From NCBI GenBank assembly GCA_037137395.1, contig JBAXKK010000001.1, positions 78,108 through 142,107 of the forward strand: DNA of 64,000 nucleotides, given 5' to 3'. The position numbers and the translations under genes are program-made. The notes beneath the pieces are model-generated. The model ran no database searches. It was not told the origin of the DNA and saw only the letters and a list, made by a program, of their open reading frames with translations. This DNA is from Elusimicrobiota bacterium. Its GTDB lineage: Bacteria > Elusimicrobiota > Elusimicrobia > Elusimicrobiales > UBA9959. Positions 39,260 to 48,722 of the stretch are shown piece after piece. Each line of letters begins with the position of its first letter. The first letter of the stretch is position 1.

Positions 39260-40516
39260 TCAGGAAACACTCTGAGGTTCCACTAGGTCCGCTATGCCTA
39301 CCTGGCTGGAATGTTCAGTTCTTCCCCATACCGCGTCGCGGCGAAGCAGTCCGCCGAAAAGAACAGGGAACCGTAAAACGCCCAGCACCGGCGTCAGGAA
39401 GTATCCGATGTATAAATTGAAATTAGCCCGCTCTACCGCCAATGCCGGAACAGGGTAAAAAAACAGCGGCAGCATCGCCAGGAATTTCTCTCCGAAGTTG
39501 GCTCCGGGCAGCTTGTGGTAAAGCCAAAAATAAAAAATAAAAGGATCCGTGGTCAGGAGAAGAAGGACGCTGGTGAAAATTATCATCGCGATCAGCTTAT
39601 AAACGCCGCCGCAGTAAAGCACCCCTTCAAAAGCTTTAAGATCCCGGTGTTTCAGCATTCTCGTCAGCAAGCCGTTGAAATGCCGCTTGGCGACGACCAT
39701 TGAGCCCCGTGTCCAGCGGATGTTCCTTTTCAGGTATTGCCTTATGGTGACGGGCTCCTCGTTGTAGACCACGGCGCCCTCCGCCCAGGTTATGCGAACC
39801 CCGTGGCGTATAAGGCGCATTTGCATTTCGATATCTTCAGTAAGGCAGGTCTCGTCCCAGGAAAAATTCTCGGTGATGCGTTTTGAAAAACACATGCCTT
39901 TGCCGTGCAGCGTCGCTGATAGGCCGCTCATATATTTAGGGATCTGCAGCAGTCTGTTCATTAAAATCTGGCTGGAGGAAAGTATTATTGAGAGCCAGAC
40001 ATCCTCGTTCTTTGTAAGCTGTCGGCCCTGAATCGCCTCTTCACCCATGGAGAGGTGGTCGTTCATCACGTTCAGGAAATCGGGATGCGCCAGCGAATCG
40101 GCGTCAAAGTAGCAGAAACCGTCATAGCATCCGTTCTTCAGTATTTCGGCCACCGCCCACTTTAACGCGCGGCCCTTGCCGGCCCTCCTGCCGGGCCCGG
40201 AATGGTTCAGGATGCAGGCGCCCAGCCCCTGAGCTATCTCTTCGGTGGCGTCCGTGCAGTGGTCGGTGACTACGAACACGTCAAAAAGCTCACGCGGATA
40301 GTTTATCTTAAGGAGGCTCTCGGTTGAAAATCTGATTACTTTTTCCTCATTGTAAGCGGGTAGAATAAGGGCGAAACGGAGTTTTTTTGACGCTCGCAGC
40401 GGCGGGGTTGGGACGCCGCGGAAACCGCGCAAGCTTAGGAACGCGTAAAAAATGCCGATCAAAAAAAACAGGATTTGGGCCGAATTTGAAACAAAAGAAA
40501 GGGATGTCTGCCACAT
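39260..40516 (-). CDS. Membrane GT2 glycosyltransferase (cellulose synthase/PgaC-like)
   Basis: LPAYNEE, FDADS, LTEDIE and RNIRW (QxxRW-like); N- and C-terminal TM helices. Confidence 0.88.
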   Translation of the reverse strand: MWQTSLSFVSNSAQILFFLIGIFYAFLSLRGFRGVPTPPLRASKKLRFALILPAYNEEKVIRFSTESLLKINYPRELFDVFVVTDHCTDATEEIAQGLGACILNHSGPGRRAGKGRALKWAVAEILKNGCYDGFCYFDADSLAHPDFLNVMNDHLSMGEEAIQGRQLTKNEDVWLSIILSSSQILMNRLLQIPKYMSGLSATLHGKGMCFSKRITENFSWDETCLTEDIEMQMRLIRHGVRITWAEGAVVYNEEPVTIRQYLKRNIRWTRGSMVVAKRHFNGLLTRMLKHRDLKAFEGVLYCGGVYKLIAMIIFTSVLLLLTTDPFIFYFWLYHKLPGANFGEKFLAMLPLFFYPVPALAVERANFNLYIGYFLTPVLGVLRFPVLFGGLLRRDAVWGRTEHSSQVGIADLVEPQSVS

Positions 40517-40667
40517 AGTAAATCTGCTCCCCGCTATGTATAGGATTTAATTATTATAACATAAAACCGGAATGGGCCCGGTTACCGGTAAACGTCGCGC
40601 CCGGGCCCCGGTTTTCCTGCCCCGGTAGCGTCAAGACTTGTGTGTGTGTTGACAATGTAGGGTTTGC

Positions 40668-40809
40668 GGGTCCTGTCAGGGGCCCGGAACGCGGAACCGG
40701 CGTCGCGCACTTCCGTTGCGGGCCCAGTGTCGCAAAAGCTCCACCCAGCCTCCGCGCTCCGTATGCTCGGCTTCCGGACGGTTCCGCTTATCCGGTTCCC
40801 CTGCCACCC
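40668..40809 (-). ncRNA. Candidate structured ncRNA or palindromic element, copy B
   Basis: Minus-strand rod CAGGGG/CCCCTG, CCGGA/TCCGG, GCGGAACCG/CGGTTCCGC. Apex GTGGAGCTTTTGCGACACTGGGCCCGCAACGGAAGTGCGC is nearly identical to copy A. Confidence 0.5.
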
Positions 40810-40870
40810 ACTCCACCGGCATCGCCAGAGGTTTATCCTTTCAAATCATACTTTGCCTGCCCGCGTTCCG

Positions 40871-40900
40871 TTGACAGGGGCAGGCTCATATCGCTATATT
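40871..40900 (+). promoter_or_regulatory. Sigma70-type promoter for the GT2/GT-C operon
   Basis: TTGACA (40871), 18 nt, TATATT (40895). Confidence 0.55.
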
Positions 40901-40949
40901 ATCAGTGCGCTTGCTATTTGGCGAAATTGAAAATGCCGGGTAAAAAGCG

Positions 40950-41822
40950 GTGAGTCCCGAAAAGCGCGCAGGAACATACCGACCAGGGGGGAATTTGCTA
41001 AGGAAAACAATAAGCGTTATTATCCCGACCCGCAATCAGGCGGAAAAAATAGGGGAAACTATCGATCACATTAAGGCTGAGTCTCAAAAGCTCAGGAATT
41101 TCAATATTGAAATAGTTTTTGTGAACGATCGTTCCACTGATAATTCGGTTGGGATCGCCGCGGAGCGGTTAAAAGATTACCCCGATTATCAAATTTTAAA
41201 TACTGACGAAAAGTGTGTCGGAAACGGGAAGGGTCTGGCCGTAGAGCTGGGGATGGCTAAAGCGCGCGGAGACTTCCGGATTTTTATGGATGCCGATAAT
41301 TCAACCAGGTTTGAAGAGGTTGAAAAACTGCTTCCGTTCTTGGACAACTACGATATTGTGCTGGGGACCAGATACTCTGACGAGGCGGTCATTCCTTCCG
41401 GAAACTGGTTTAAGTCATTTTGGCTTGCGGTGGGGGATGTTGTTGAGGTTGTAATTTACGGCCACGCCCTTCGTTACACCGCGAAAATGAAACAGGGCCG
41501 CTTCAGAGCGCTGGTTTCCCGCGGCGGAAACCTGGCTTTCACGGTTCTTCTGGGTCAAAGCTTCACCGACAGCCGTTGCGGCTTTAAGATGTGTTCAAAA
41601 GAAGCCGCGGAGAAGATTTTTCCTAAGTGCCGGATAAAAACCTGGGATTTTGATTCGGAAGTTTTGGTTCTGGCGAAGATTTTCGGGTTTTCCATGATTG
41701 AGGTTCCGGTGGTCTGGTATGATGACGCCGGCGCTTCCAATTTTAAGATCAGTGATATGATGAGTTCATTCAAGGCTATTTTTTTGATCCGGTGGAATCA
41801 GTTAACCGGAAAGTATAAATAA
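40950..41822 (+). CDS. Polyprenyl-phosphate glycosyltransferase (dolichyl-P-glucose synthase-like GT2)
   Basis: VNDRSTD, GKG.AV..GM, FMDAD, DSRCGFK and WDFDSE. The true start may be TTG 40995. Confidence 0.85.
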   Translation: MSPEKRAGTYRPGGNLLRKTISVIIPTRNQAEKIGETIDHIKAESQKLRNFNIEIVFVNDRSTDNSVGIAAERLKDYPDYQILNTDEKCVGNGKGLAVELGMAKARGDFRIFMDADNSTRFEEVEKLLPFLDNYDIVLGTRYSDEAVIPSGNWFKSFWLAVGDVVEVVIYGHALRYTAKMKQGRFRALVSRGGNLAFTVLLGQSFTDSRCGFKMCSKEAAEKIFPKCRIKTWDFDSEVLVLAKIFGFSMIEVPVVWYDDAGASNFKISDMMSSFKAIFLIRWNQLTGKYK

Positions 41823-41846
41823 GAATCTGCCGGGCCGGGAGCGGAA

Positions 41847-43628
41847 ATGTTCGGATTTATCAGTAAGAATCGGATTAGGCTGAGTGTCGCGGCTATCCTT
41901 ATCGTGATGGCCGGATTAATGTTTTTTTCATCCAAAGGCGATTCTAATATCGTTGACGAGGCGGCGCATATTCCTTCCGGCTTTTCATATGTAACCCGCG
42001 GCGACTATCGGCTTAATCCCGAGCATCCGCCGCTCATTAAAGATCTGGCGGCCCTGCCGCTTTTGGCGATCGGAGTGAAATTCCCTTACGCCTATTGGCA
42101 GGCTAATGATCCGGTGGTCAACAACCAGTGGGAGATAGGCTGGAGATTTTTATATCAACTGGGCAACGATCCCGACCAGCTTAATATCCTGGCCCGCGTT
42201 CCGGTCATGTCCATTTCGCTCATGTTAGGCTATTTTGTTTTTTTGTGGTCCCGGAAGCTTTATGGCGATAAGGCGGGGATTTTAGCCCTGACGCTCTACG
42301 CGTTTAATACGGCGATCATCGCTCACTCGCGATTTGTCACTACGGATCTAGGGGTGTCATTCGCCTTTTTTGTGAATATGATGGCGCTCTATTACTATCT
42401 TCAGCAACCGGGCTGGAAAAGACTTCTGGGGACGGGGCTGACCTTCGGGCTCGTTCTTGTCACAAAATTTTCGGCCGCTGTTTGCCTGCCGGTTTATTTC
42501 CTTGTTTTAATTATGCTTGTTTTCAGGGAGCGCGGACAAAAGCCGGAGACCTTCCTTCAGGAGATAAACGGGCCGGACAGACGGAAAAGGTTTTTCGCGG
42601 GCGTTTTTAGCTTCGCGATTATTTGTTTCGCGGGCGTAATAGTCGCCTGGATATTTTATTTCCCGCACACAATTAATATGCCTGCTGAGGTTCAGCGTGA
42701 GCTTATACGCCAATCTTTGCCGAATGAGGGGGTTTTAGCTAAATTTTTGCCTCTGCTTTCCGGCAATGTTTTCACCCGCCCTTTGGCCCAATATATTCTC
42801 GGGTTCGCCATGGTCACCGCGCGCGTGTCAGGCGGGCATGACGCGTATTTGCTGGGCATGGTGTCAAACCAAGGGTGGTGGTATTATTATCCGGTCGCGC
42901 TGGCTTTGAAAACCCAGATCGGATTATTTGTTTTATTTCTGCTGACAGCGGCGTTCTGGAAGAGAACAAATCACAAAGAGTGGTTTACGGAATGGTATTT
43001 CTGGACCTTGCCGGCCGCGCTGATGTATATCGGCATGAACGGGAAGTTGAACCTGGGTGTCCGCTATATGCTCCCGATTTACGCTTTCGCTATAGTTTAT
43101 GTTTCAAAAACGGCAAGCATGCTGGACTTTACCGCGGCGCGGATGCTTTGGAATAAAAAAGTCAATCCTTCCTCAGGGGCGTCGCTTTTGGCTTCGCTTC
43201 TGGTCGCCGTGTCGGTTGTCTGGTATGTGGCGGCCGGCATTTTTAGCTATCCGTATTACCTGTCCTACTATAACGAATTCGTCGGCGGGTATAAGAATGG
43301 TTACAAGTATCTTACCGACTCAAATACCGACTGGGGGCAGGACCTGAAAAGGCTTGCCGCGCGGGTTGAAGCGCTTGGAATAAAAAAAATATATATTGAT
43401 GTGTTCCCGGGTGTGCCGCCGGCGAAATATTATATTGGAGATAGCATGCTTGAATGGCATGTTCAGAACGGCCGGCCCCCGGAGGGCAGCTATCTGGCGG
43501 TTTCCGCCAACTTCTATCAGAATTCCCGGCTCAAAAAAACCCCCGAAAATCCTCTGGACTATTCATGGCTGGATAAACTTATTCCGATAGAAAACGTCGG
43601 CGGGTCAATTCTGATCTACAAGCTATAA
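41847..43628 (+). CDS. GT-C (GT39/ArnT/PMT-like) glycosyltransferase
   Basis: IVDEAAH, NPEHPPL, HSRFVTTD, TKFSA, GVRYMLP and DSNTDWGQDL; many TM helices. Confidence 0.82.
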   Translation: MFGFISKNRIRLSVAAILIVMAGLMFFSSKGDSNIVDEAAHIPSGFSYVTRGDYRLNPEHPPLIKDLAALPLLAIGVKFPYAYWQANDPVVNNQWEIGWRFLYQLGNDPDQLNILARVPVMSISLMLGYFVFLWSRKLYGDKAGILALTLYAFNTAIIAHSRFVTTDLGVSFAFFVNMMALYYYLQQPGWKRLLGTGLTFGLVLVTKFSAAVCLPVYFLVLIMLVFRERGQKPETFLQEINGPDRRKRFFAGVFSFAIICFAGVIVAWIFYFPHTINMPAEVQRELIRQSLPNEGVLAKFLPLLSGNVFTRPLAQYILGFAMVTARVSGGHDAYLLGMVSNQGWWYYYPVALALKTQIGLFVLFLLTAAFWKRTNHKEWFTEWYFWTLPAALMYIGMNGKLNLGVRYMLPIYAFAIVYVSKTASMLDFTAARMLWNKKVNPSSGASLLASLLVAVSVVWYVAAGIFSYPYYLSYYNEFVGGYKNGYKYLTDSNTDWGQDLKRLAARVEALGIKKIYIDVFPGVPPAKYYIGDSMLEWHVQNGRPPEGSYLAVSANFYQNSRLKKTPENPLDYSWLDKLIPIENVGGSILIYKL

Positions 43629-43681
43629 AATATAAATAAAAACACGGAAACTTCGCTAAATTTGCGAAAACGTTCCGTGGT

Positions 43682-44524
43682 TTAGTGTTGTTTTTTTATG
43701 CTGCGCAGGTTGAACTTTTTCGCTATATCGGACACGTCTGGGTTGCCTTTAAGCATATTCATTATGCTTGGGTTGGACATAGCCATAGCCATAAGTTCCG
43801 GGTTGGATGTTACTAGTGCCCCAAGCGCGGAGGGGTCGTTCATAAGGGTTTTGCCGGCGGGGGTGTTCAGCAGGGCTGTGACAATGCCGCTGGTGGCCAC
43901 GGCGCTGACGACCTGCGGATTTTTCAGAGCCGCCCGGACAACCGGACTATTCATGAAATTGGTCGGCCCGTCGCCTTTCAGAAAATTATTGAGGCCCTGT
44001 GTGCTTCCGGTAGCCGCTTTTACCGTGTTCCTTGCCATGAAGCCGTTGATTACGTATTTATTGCTGAAAAGCGCGTTTACGGCCTTAGGATTATTCATGA
44101 TCCTTCGCGCCGCGGCCTCCAGGAAGCCGCTGGTGAAGCCGATAGATCGCTGTTCCTGCGCCTTTATCGGGTCCGTTACGTCCTGTTTTCCCCGTCCCTG
44201 GCTCGCGGTTGAGGGCTGCTTCCCGGACGACGCCTTTTTCTGTTCACGCTCTTCGGTAATGATATTTTCGTTCTCAGTCTTGCTTGGCTTTGATTTATAT
44301 CGAACGCCCATGATGCCGTCGTTGAATTCAGGCCTGGCGGGCGCGGCCGTCTTGCGGATCTCGCCGTCCTCGGAGTTGAAGAGCGAATAGTCATCTTGGG
44401 AAAGCTCAATATTACCGTTATTGGCCTTCTTCATCCACTGGAACGCGGGCCACGCGGCGAGGATGAAGACCGGGATCAGGTAGATCCAGAGGACTGAACT
44501 TTTTTGTTTGTTTTCTTCTTCCAT
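43682..44524 (-). CDS. Membrane-anchored hypothetical protein with STI1-like (NP/DP) helical repeats
   Basis: TM helix near the N-terminus; repeated MNNPK, MNSP, LKNPQ, MNDPS, SNPEL and SNPS. Start ATG 44524. Confidence 0.55.
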   Translation of the reverse strand: MEEENKQKSSVLWIYLIPVFILAAWPAFQWMKKANNGNIELSQDDYSLFNSEDGEIRKTAAPARPEFNDGIMGVRYKSKPSKTENENIITEEREQKKASSGKQPSTASQGRGKQDVTDPIKAQEQRSIGFTSGFLEAAARRIMNNPKAVNALFSNKYVINGFMARNTVKAATGSTQGLNNFLKGDGPTNFMNSPVVRAALKNPQVVSAVATSGIVTALLNTPAGKTLMNDPSALGALVTSNPELMAMAMSNPSIMNMLKGNPDVSDIAKKFNLRSIKKQH

Positions 44525-44566
44525 AAAAGCAGGTTCCGGGGACCGTAATTCAGTAAAGACATTAAT

Positions 44567-44595
44567 AATATAACAATGGCGGCGCGCAATGTCAA
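44567..44595 (-). promoter_or_regulatory. Sigma70-type promoter
   Basis: TTGACA, 17 nt, TATATT with extended TG; a divergent TGnTATAAT lies at 44611-44619 on the + strand. Confidence 0.6.
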
Positions 44596-44682
44596 TGTGC
44601 AAATATTTTATGTTATAATTGCAGTTTATACCGCTCCTGCTGAAAAGCGGAAGTGCGGTCGGATCATAGATATGGAGGCTTA

Positions 44683-45423
44683 ATGACCAGAAAAGTGATT
44701 ATTTGCGCGGCGTTGGCGCTGCTCGCGCCCTCAGTTAAGGCGGCTGACCAATTGTTGCCGGCGTTGCCCGGTATGGAGACTGCAATGTCCGCGCCGGCCG
44801 CGGAAGCCGATATCCAGAGGCCGGACTCTCAAAAGGTCCTGGCTGACCTAAGCGCCGACCTGCGCCTGAGCACCAAGCAGGAGCAGCGCATTAAATCGGC
44901 TGTGGACAAGAAGAGTAAAAATTTCGACAAGCTGTTCAAGGAATATGACAAGGCTTCCGCCGAAGAGAAAAAATGGCGGTTCAAGGTCAATGAGTTAAAA
45001 TATGAGATGACCAGGATAAGCAAGGATCTGCCGGACGCGATCCGCGAGTTCCTGGATGACGACCAGCGCCAGACTTACGACGCTATGCTTGCCGCCAGAA
45101 AGAAGCCGGCAGAAGCTTCCGTCGACGCTTCAAAGCCCGTAAAGAAGCGGAAAGTTATAAAGAGAAAGAAAGCCAAAGCCGGCGGTGAATCCGCCGCCCC
45201 TCTTCCCACGGATATAGACGAGGAAGCGGGACAGGTAGTGGTTGACAAGGCCCCGGCCGCGGACCAGGCCGCGCCCCGAAAGAAGCGCGCGCTGAAGAAA
45301 AAGGCCGCCCCCGCAGTTCAGGAGCCGGTAGATGATATAATGGCTGATGAACCGGCTGGCGCCAAGCCCACCGGGAAGGAATCCCCGGCCGAAGCGGATG
45401 AAGACGCGGGATCGTACCCGTAA
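44683..45423 (+). CDS. Hypothetical exported helical protein with Lys-rich/acidic disordered tail
   Basis: GGAGG RBS before ATG 44683; signal peptide; LxLSxxQ and LDDDQR..YD resemble Spy/CpxP motifs. Confidence 0.6.
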   Translation: MTRKVIICAALALLAPSVKAADQLLPALPGMETAMSAPAAEADIQRPDSQKVLADLSADLRLSTKQEQRIKSAVDKKSKNFDKLFKEYDKASAEEKKWRFKVNELKYEMTRISKDLPDAIREFLDDDQRQTYDAMLAARKKPAEASVDASKPVKKRKVIKRKKAKAGGESAAPLPTDIDEEAGQVVVDKAPAADQAAPRKKRALKKKAAPAVQEPVDDIMADEPAGAKPTGKESPAEADEDAGSYP

Positions 45424-45427
45424 TTGG

Positions 45428-45461
45428 GAAGTGGTTAGTGGACAGTGAATAGTGGTTAGTC
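45428..45461. repeat. Heptamer tract (AGTGGTT family)
   Basis: agtggtt agtggac agtgaat agtggtt. Confidence 0.6.
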
Positions 45462-45594
45462 TCTGCCGCGCTCAGCCGGCTTTTTGGCTCAGAACGCAAA
45501 GGGTGCGGATTTGCCGCGTGTTTATATGCGTTAAATTGCGGACCAGGGACGGGACTTCCAGACTGCCGCCGAGTGGTTTTACTAAGGATTAAAG

Positions 45595-48219
45595 ATGCGG
45601 TTATTGAACAAGCATTTCAGCCTGTGCCGGATATTCTCCGGCGGAGAAGGTTTGTTTTCGGGCGATAACTTCCCGGGCCGCCGCGGGTTCACGCTGGTGG
45701 AACTTATGATAGCGCTCGCTATCCTGACCATAGGCGTAGTCGGCATGATGGGCTCCTTCGAATATATACAAAAAACCGTGCAGCTTGCCAAAAACAAAAC
45801 GCTTGCTTCCAACCTGGCGCAGGAAAAGATGCAGATATTAAAGCAGAAGTCATACTACCAGGTAGTTGTGACTTCCAGCCCGGCCTATAATGTTGCTGAT
45901 TTTGCGCCTGAGTTCGTGGAATACGATGAAGGCTACTTTCCTCCGGAGCAGATCATGGAGGCTGGCGTTACCTATACGCGCTATACCTATGTGCAGGGGA
46001 TAAAAGAGGATTCTGGCGCGCTTGCAACGCTTGCGCCCAATATCGCGGATACAGGCATGAAGCGCATTACTATAACCGTGATGTGGGAGTCCGGAAGAGG
46101 TAAGAGAAAAGTGACAGTGCGCAGTATTCTGAGTAATCCGGACACTATAATAGCCAATGTCGTCTTTAACGGCGTAATCAGAACCACGTCTTCAGTGGCT
46201 ATCGGCGGGGCTCTGGTTCAGGTGGTTGAGGCCTCAGGCTGCAGCGATACCACCAGCTCTTCAGGGCTATATAATATAATTACCACCCCCGGGACTTATA
46301 CTCTTATGGTTTCCGCCACCGGTTATTACACAGCAACGAAGAGCGTGGTTGTAGCGGCCGGCAACACCCAGACGAATAATTTCGATATGGCGAAGATCGG
46401 CTCCGGAAGAATTACCGGTTATCCCTGGCTTAACGATCATCTTGTAATCAGCCAAGTGGTCGGCAGCACTATTGACGTTTCCGTCACTCCCAACTTTGAT
46501 CAGGAGTATATTGAGGTCTTTAATCCGACCACCTTCACCTGGACCCTGGGCGGAAATATAGGTCTTAAATTCCAGCGCGCCTCTGATTCATCGGAGAAGA
46601 CCATACAACTTAGTTATTACAACGACGAGATTCCAAGCCATGGTTACTACCTTTTCGCTAATACCGGCACCGTGGTCGCGGGCGGGGAGGTCGTGGACGC
46701 GGACGCCGTCTGGGCGCCCGGCAATCCGATTTCCAGCTTTCCTTATTTTGCGGCGCAAGGCAACATAGTCCCGGTTGACGGAGACGATGGAGTCATCCCC
46801 AGCAATGAGGGCGGCGGCGCCGTTAAGCTTTACATGATCTCGGATGGAACGGTGCTGGATAAGGTCGGCTGGAATAAAAGTTTACATCCAGCGCCGTTTT
46901 ATGAAGGAGCCGCCATCATCCAGACCATCGGGCTTTCCCGCAACGAGGCTTATACCCGTTTCACAAGCACAAGCGATTTCAGCGGCGTAAATGCGAACTA
47001 CGGCCCAGCGTATGATTCCAACAATAACAGCCTTGATTTTTACGATTACATGACCTTAGTGGATTCCCCTCCGCACGGTTCCTTTTCCGGAGTGAAGCCG
47101 GTGATATCGGGCACCCCGGCCGCGGGAGCCGTGATTTCCTGCGCTGACGGACTTTCCTCCTCTACCGAAGCCGTGATTTACGCTAATCCCTCCCCCAACG
47201 CGCAGTCCTACGCCTATTTTTCACTTGTGGATGTAGCCACCGGCTCCTGGACAACTCTTATTTCGAGCGGGATATACAGCCTGGAGCGGACTACCGTTCC
47301 CGTGCCCTCCCCGGGTTCGGTTTACATTTTTGACAGTACTTCCACTTTTCTTACGCAAAGCAACAACCAGGGTATAGTCGCCGGCCGTGTTGTCAATGTG
47401 AGTGGCGCGGCGCTAAACGGAATAACTGTCACTTCAGGCGGCGCGACATCAACCAACACCGGCACCGACGGCCGCTACAGGTTAAGGGTAACCCCCGGCA
47501 CGATGAATATAACTGCAAACCCGTCCGGCGGCTCCGCCACTTATGTGCAAGCCTCCTCCAATTCCATATCCGTTGACGCAGGGGAGATACATGGCGGGGT
47601 GGATTTTACGCTTTACCAGGGCGGCCGGGTGAGCGGAAAGGTTACCAGGGACGGCACTAACGGCCTGCCCGGAGTGGCCGTGGCCATATTTGATGCCAAC
47701 AGCGTCGCCAAAGACCAGCAGGTGAGCGGATCTGACGGGCGGTTTACTTCAGTGATACTGTCCACGGGGTATTATGTCGTTCAGCCGGAGATCGGCGCGC
47801 TTGAAGCCTCCAATCCCATCGCTTCCACGGTGACGATACTCGGAATGGGTTCCACCATGTTCTCATCCACTTTCACTATTACCGGAGCGCTGGGGGTTAT
47901 AACCGGCGCTGTGACCGCCGGCGGTCAACCTATAAAGACAGGTGTGCTTATAGTTGTTACCACCACCACGCTTACCGGTTCGCCGCCTGAGCCGCCTGCT
48001 CTAAGTTCCGCGACGCTTACCGGGCCGCCGTTTTATATGGTTTCCAGTATGGAGAACGGCACCTACCAGGTGGAGGTACGCGACGGTTCATTGTACCGCG
48101 TTTACGCATATTATCCTTCGGTAGGCAGCGCCAGCGCCGTAATCTATTCATCCAGTACGGCGGCCACTGTTTCTGTTACCGCTGGCCAGACCGTTTCGGG
48201 GGTGAACTTTTCATGGTAG
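45595..48219 (+). CDS. Large type IV prepilin-like protein with carboxypeptidase-regulatory-like beta domains and a lamin-tail-like domain
   Basis: RRG|FTLVELMIAL class III signal; repeated G.V......G..V..........T..DG.Y/F modules; LVISQV...EYIEVFNPT. Confidence 0.78.
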   Translation: MRLLNKHFSLCRIFSGGEGLFSGDNFPGRRGFTLVELMIALAILTIGVVGMMGSFEYIQKTVQLAKNKTLASNLAQEKMQILKQKSYYQVVVTSSPAYNVADFAPEFVEYDEGYFPPEQIMEAGVTYTRYTYVQGIKEDSGALATLAPNIADTGMKRITITVMWESGRGKRKVTVRSILSNPDTIIANVVFNGVIRTTSSVAIGGALVQVVEASGCSDTTSSSGLYNIITTPGTYTLMVSATGYYTATKSVVVAAGNTQTNNFDMAKIGSGRITGYPWLNDHLVISQVVGSTIDVSVTPNFDQEYIEVFNPTTFTWTLGGNIGLKFQRASDSSEKTIQLSYYNDEIPSHGYYLFANTGTVVAGGEVVDADAVWAPGNPISSFPYFAAQGNIVPVDGDDGVIPSNEGGGAVKLYMISDGTVLDKVGWNKSLHPAPFYEGAAIIQTIGLSRNEAYTRFTSTSDFSGVNANYGPAYDSNNNSLDFYDYMTLVDSPPHGSFSGVKPVISGTPAAGAVISCADGLSSSTEAVIYANPSPNAQSYAYFSLVDVATGSWTTLISSGIYSLERTTVPVPSPGSVYIFDSTSTFLTQSNNQGIVAGRVVNVSGAALNGITVTSGGATSTNTGTDGRYRLRVTPGTMNITANPSGGSATYVQASSNSISVDAGEIHGGVDFTLYQGGRVSGKVTRDGTNGLPGVAVAIFDANSVAKDQQVSGSDGRFTSVILSTGYYVVQPEIGALEASNPIASTVTILGMGSTMFSSTFTITGALGVITGAVTAGGQPIKTGVLIVVTTTTLTGSPPEPPALSSATLTGPPFYMVSSMENGTYQVEVRDGSLYRVYAYYPSVGSASAVIYSSSTAATVSVTAGQTVSGVNFSW

Positions 48220-48722
48220 CCCGCCGGAAAGGCTTTACTCTGATGGAAATGATGGTGGTGATGGGCATAGTGTCAGCCCTGTTCGCCGTGGCCGCGCCGC
48301 TTCTTATGCAGGCCAACCGGCAGTTTATACTCGTGCGCACCAAGCTGGAGCTGCAGCAGGAGGCGCGTGGGATCATGTATGTTCTGACGCGCAATCTGCG
48401 CCAGGCCCGGGCCGACACCATTACCATAAGCCAGGTCTCCGGCCAGCCTTTTTATTCCAAGATATCCTTCACCAAGCAGACGACCGCGGCCGGAGTTTCT
48501 TCAAGTCTGGTGTTTCAGCAGGAGGGAACGGTTTTATATCAGGTTATAGGCACAAGCAAGCGGGTGCTTAGCCGCAATCTGAATTACCTGGCTTTTACTT
48601 TTCCTCGGTCCGACGATATGGGTATAATTTCGGTTTCAATTACATTCAGGAAAAATATTTATGAGGGAAGAAACAAGGCCCTGCACATGGCTTCGGAAAA
48701 AGTGCGGATAATGAACGAGTGA
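48213..48722 (+). CDS. Type IV minor pilin (PilW/GspJ-like)
   Basis: RKG|FTLMEMMVVM prepilin motif; overlaps both neighbours. Confidence 0.82.
   Translation: MVARRKGFTLMEMMVVMGIVSALFAVAAPLLMQANRQFILVRTKLELQQEARGIMYVLTRNLRQARADTITISQVSGQPFYSKISFTKQTTAAGVSSSLVFQQEGTVLYQVIGTSKRVLSRNLNYLAFTFPRSDDMGIISVSITFRKNIYEGRNKALHMASEKVRIMNE

Noticed and set aside
43698..44390. 230-aa + strand ORF
   Set aside because: It is antisense to the minus-strand gene, which has a promoter and a coherent membrane-anchored architecture.
45462..45590. c-di-GMP-I riboswitch upstream of the pilin cassette (ACGCAAAG)
   Set aside because: The preceding GGCAAA stem with a GNRA loop is absent.
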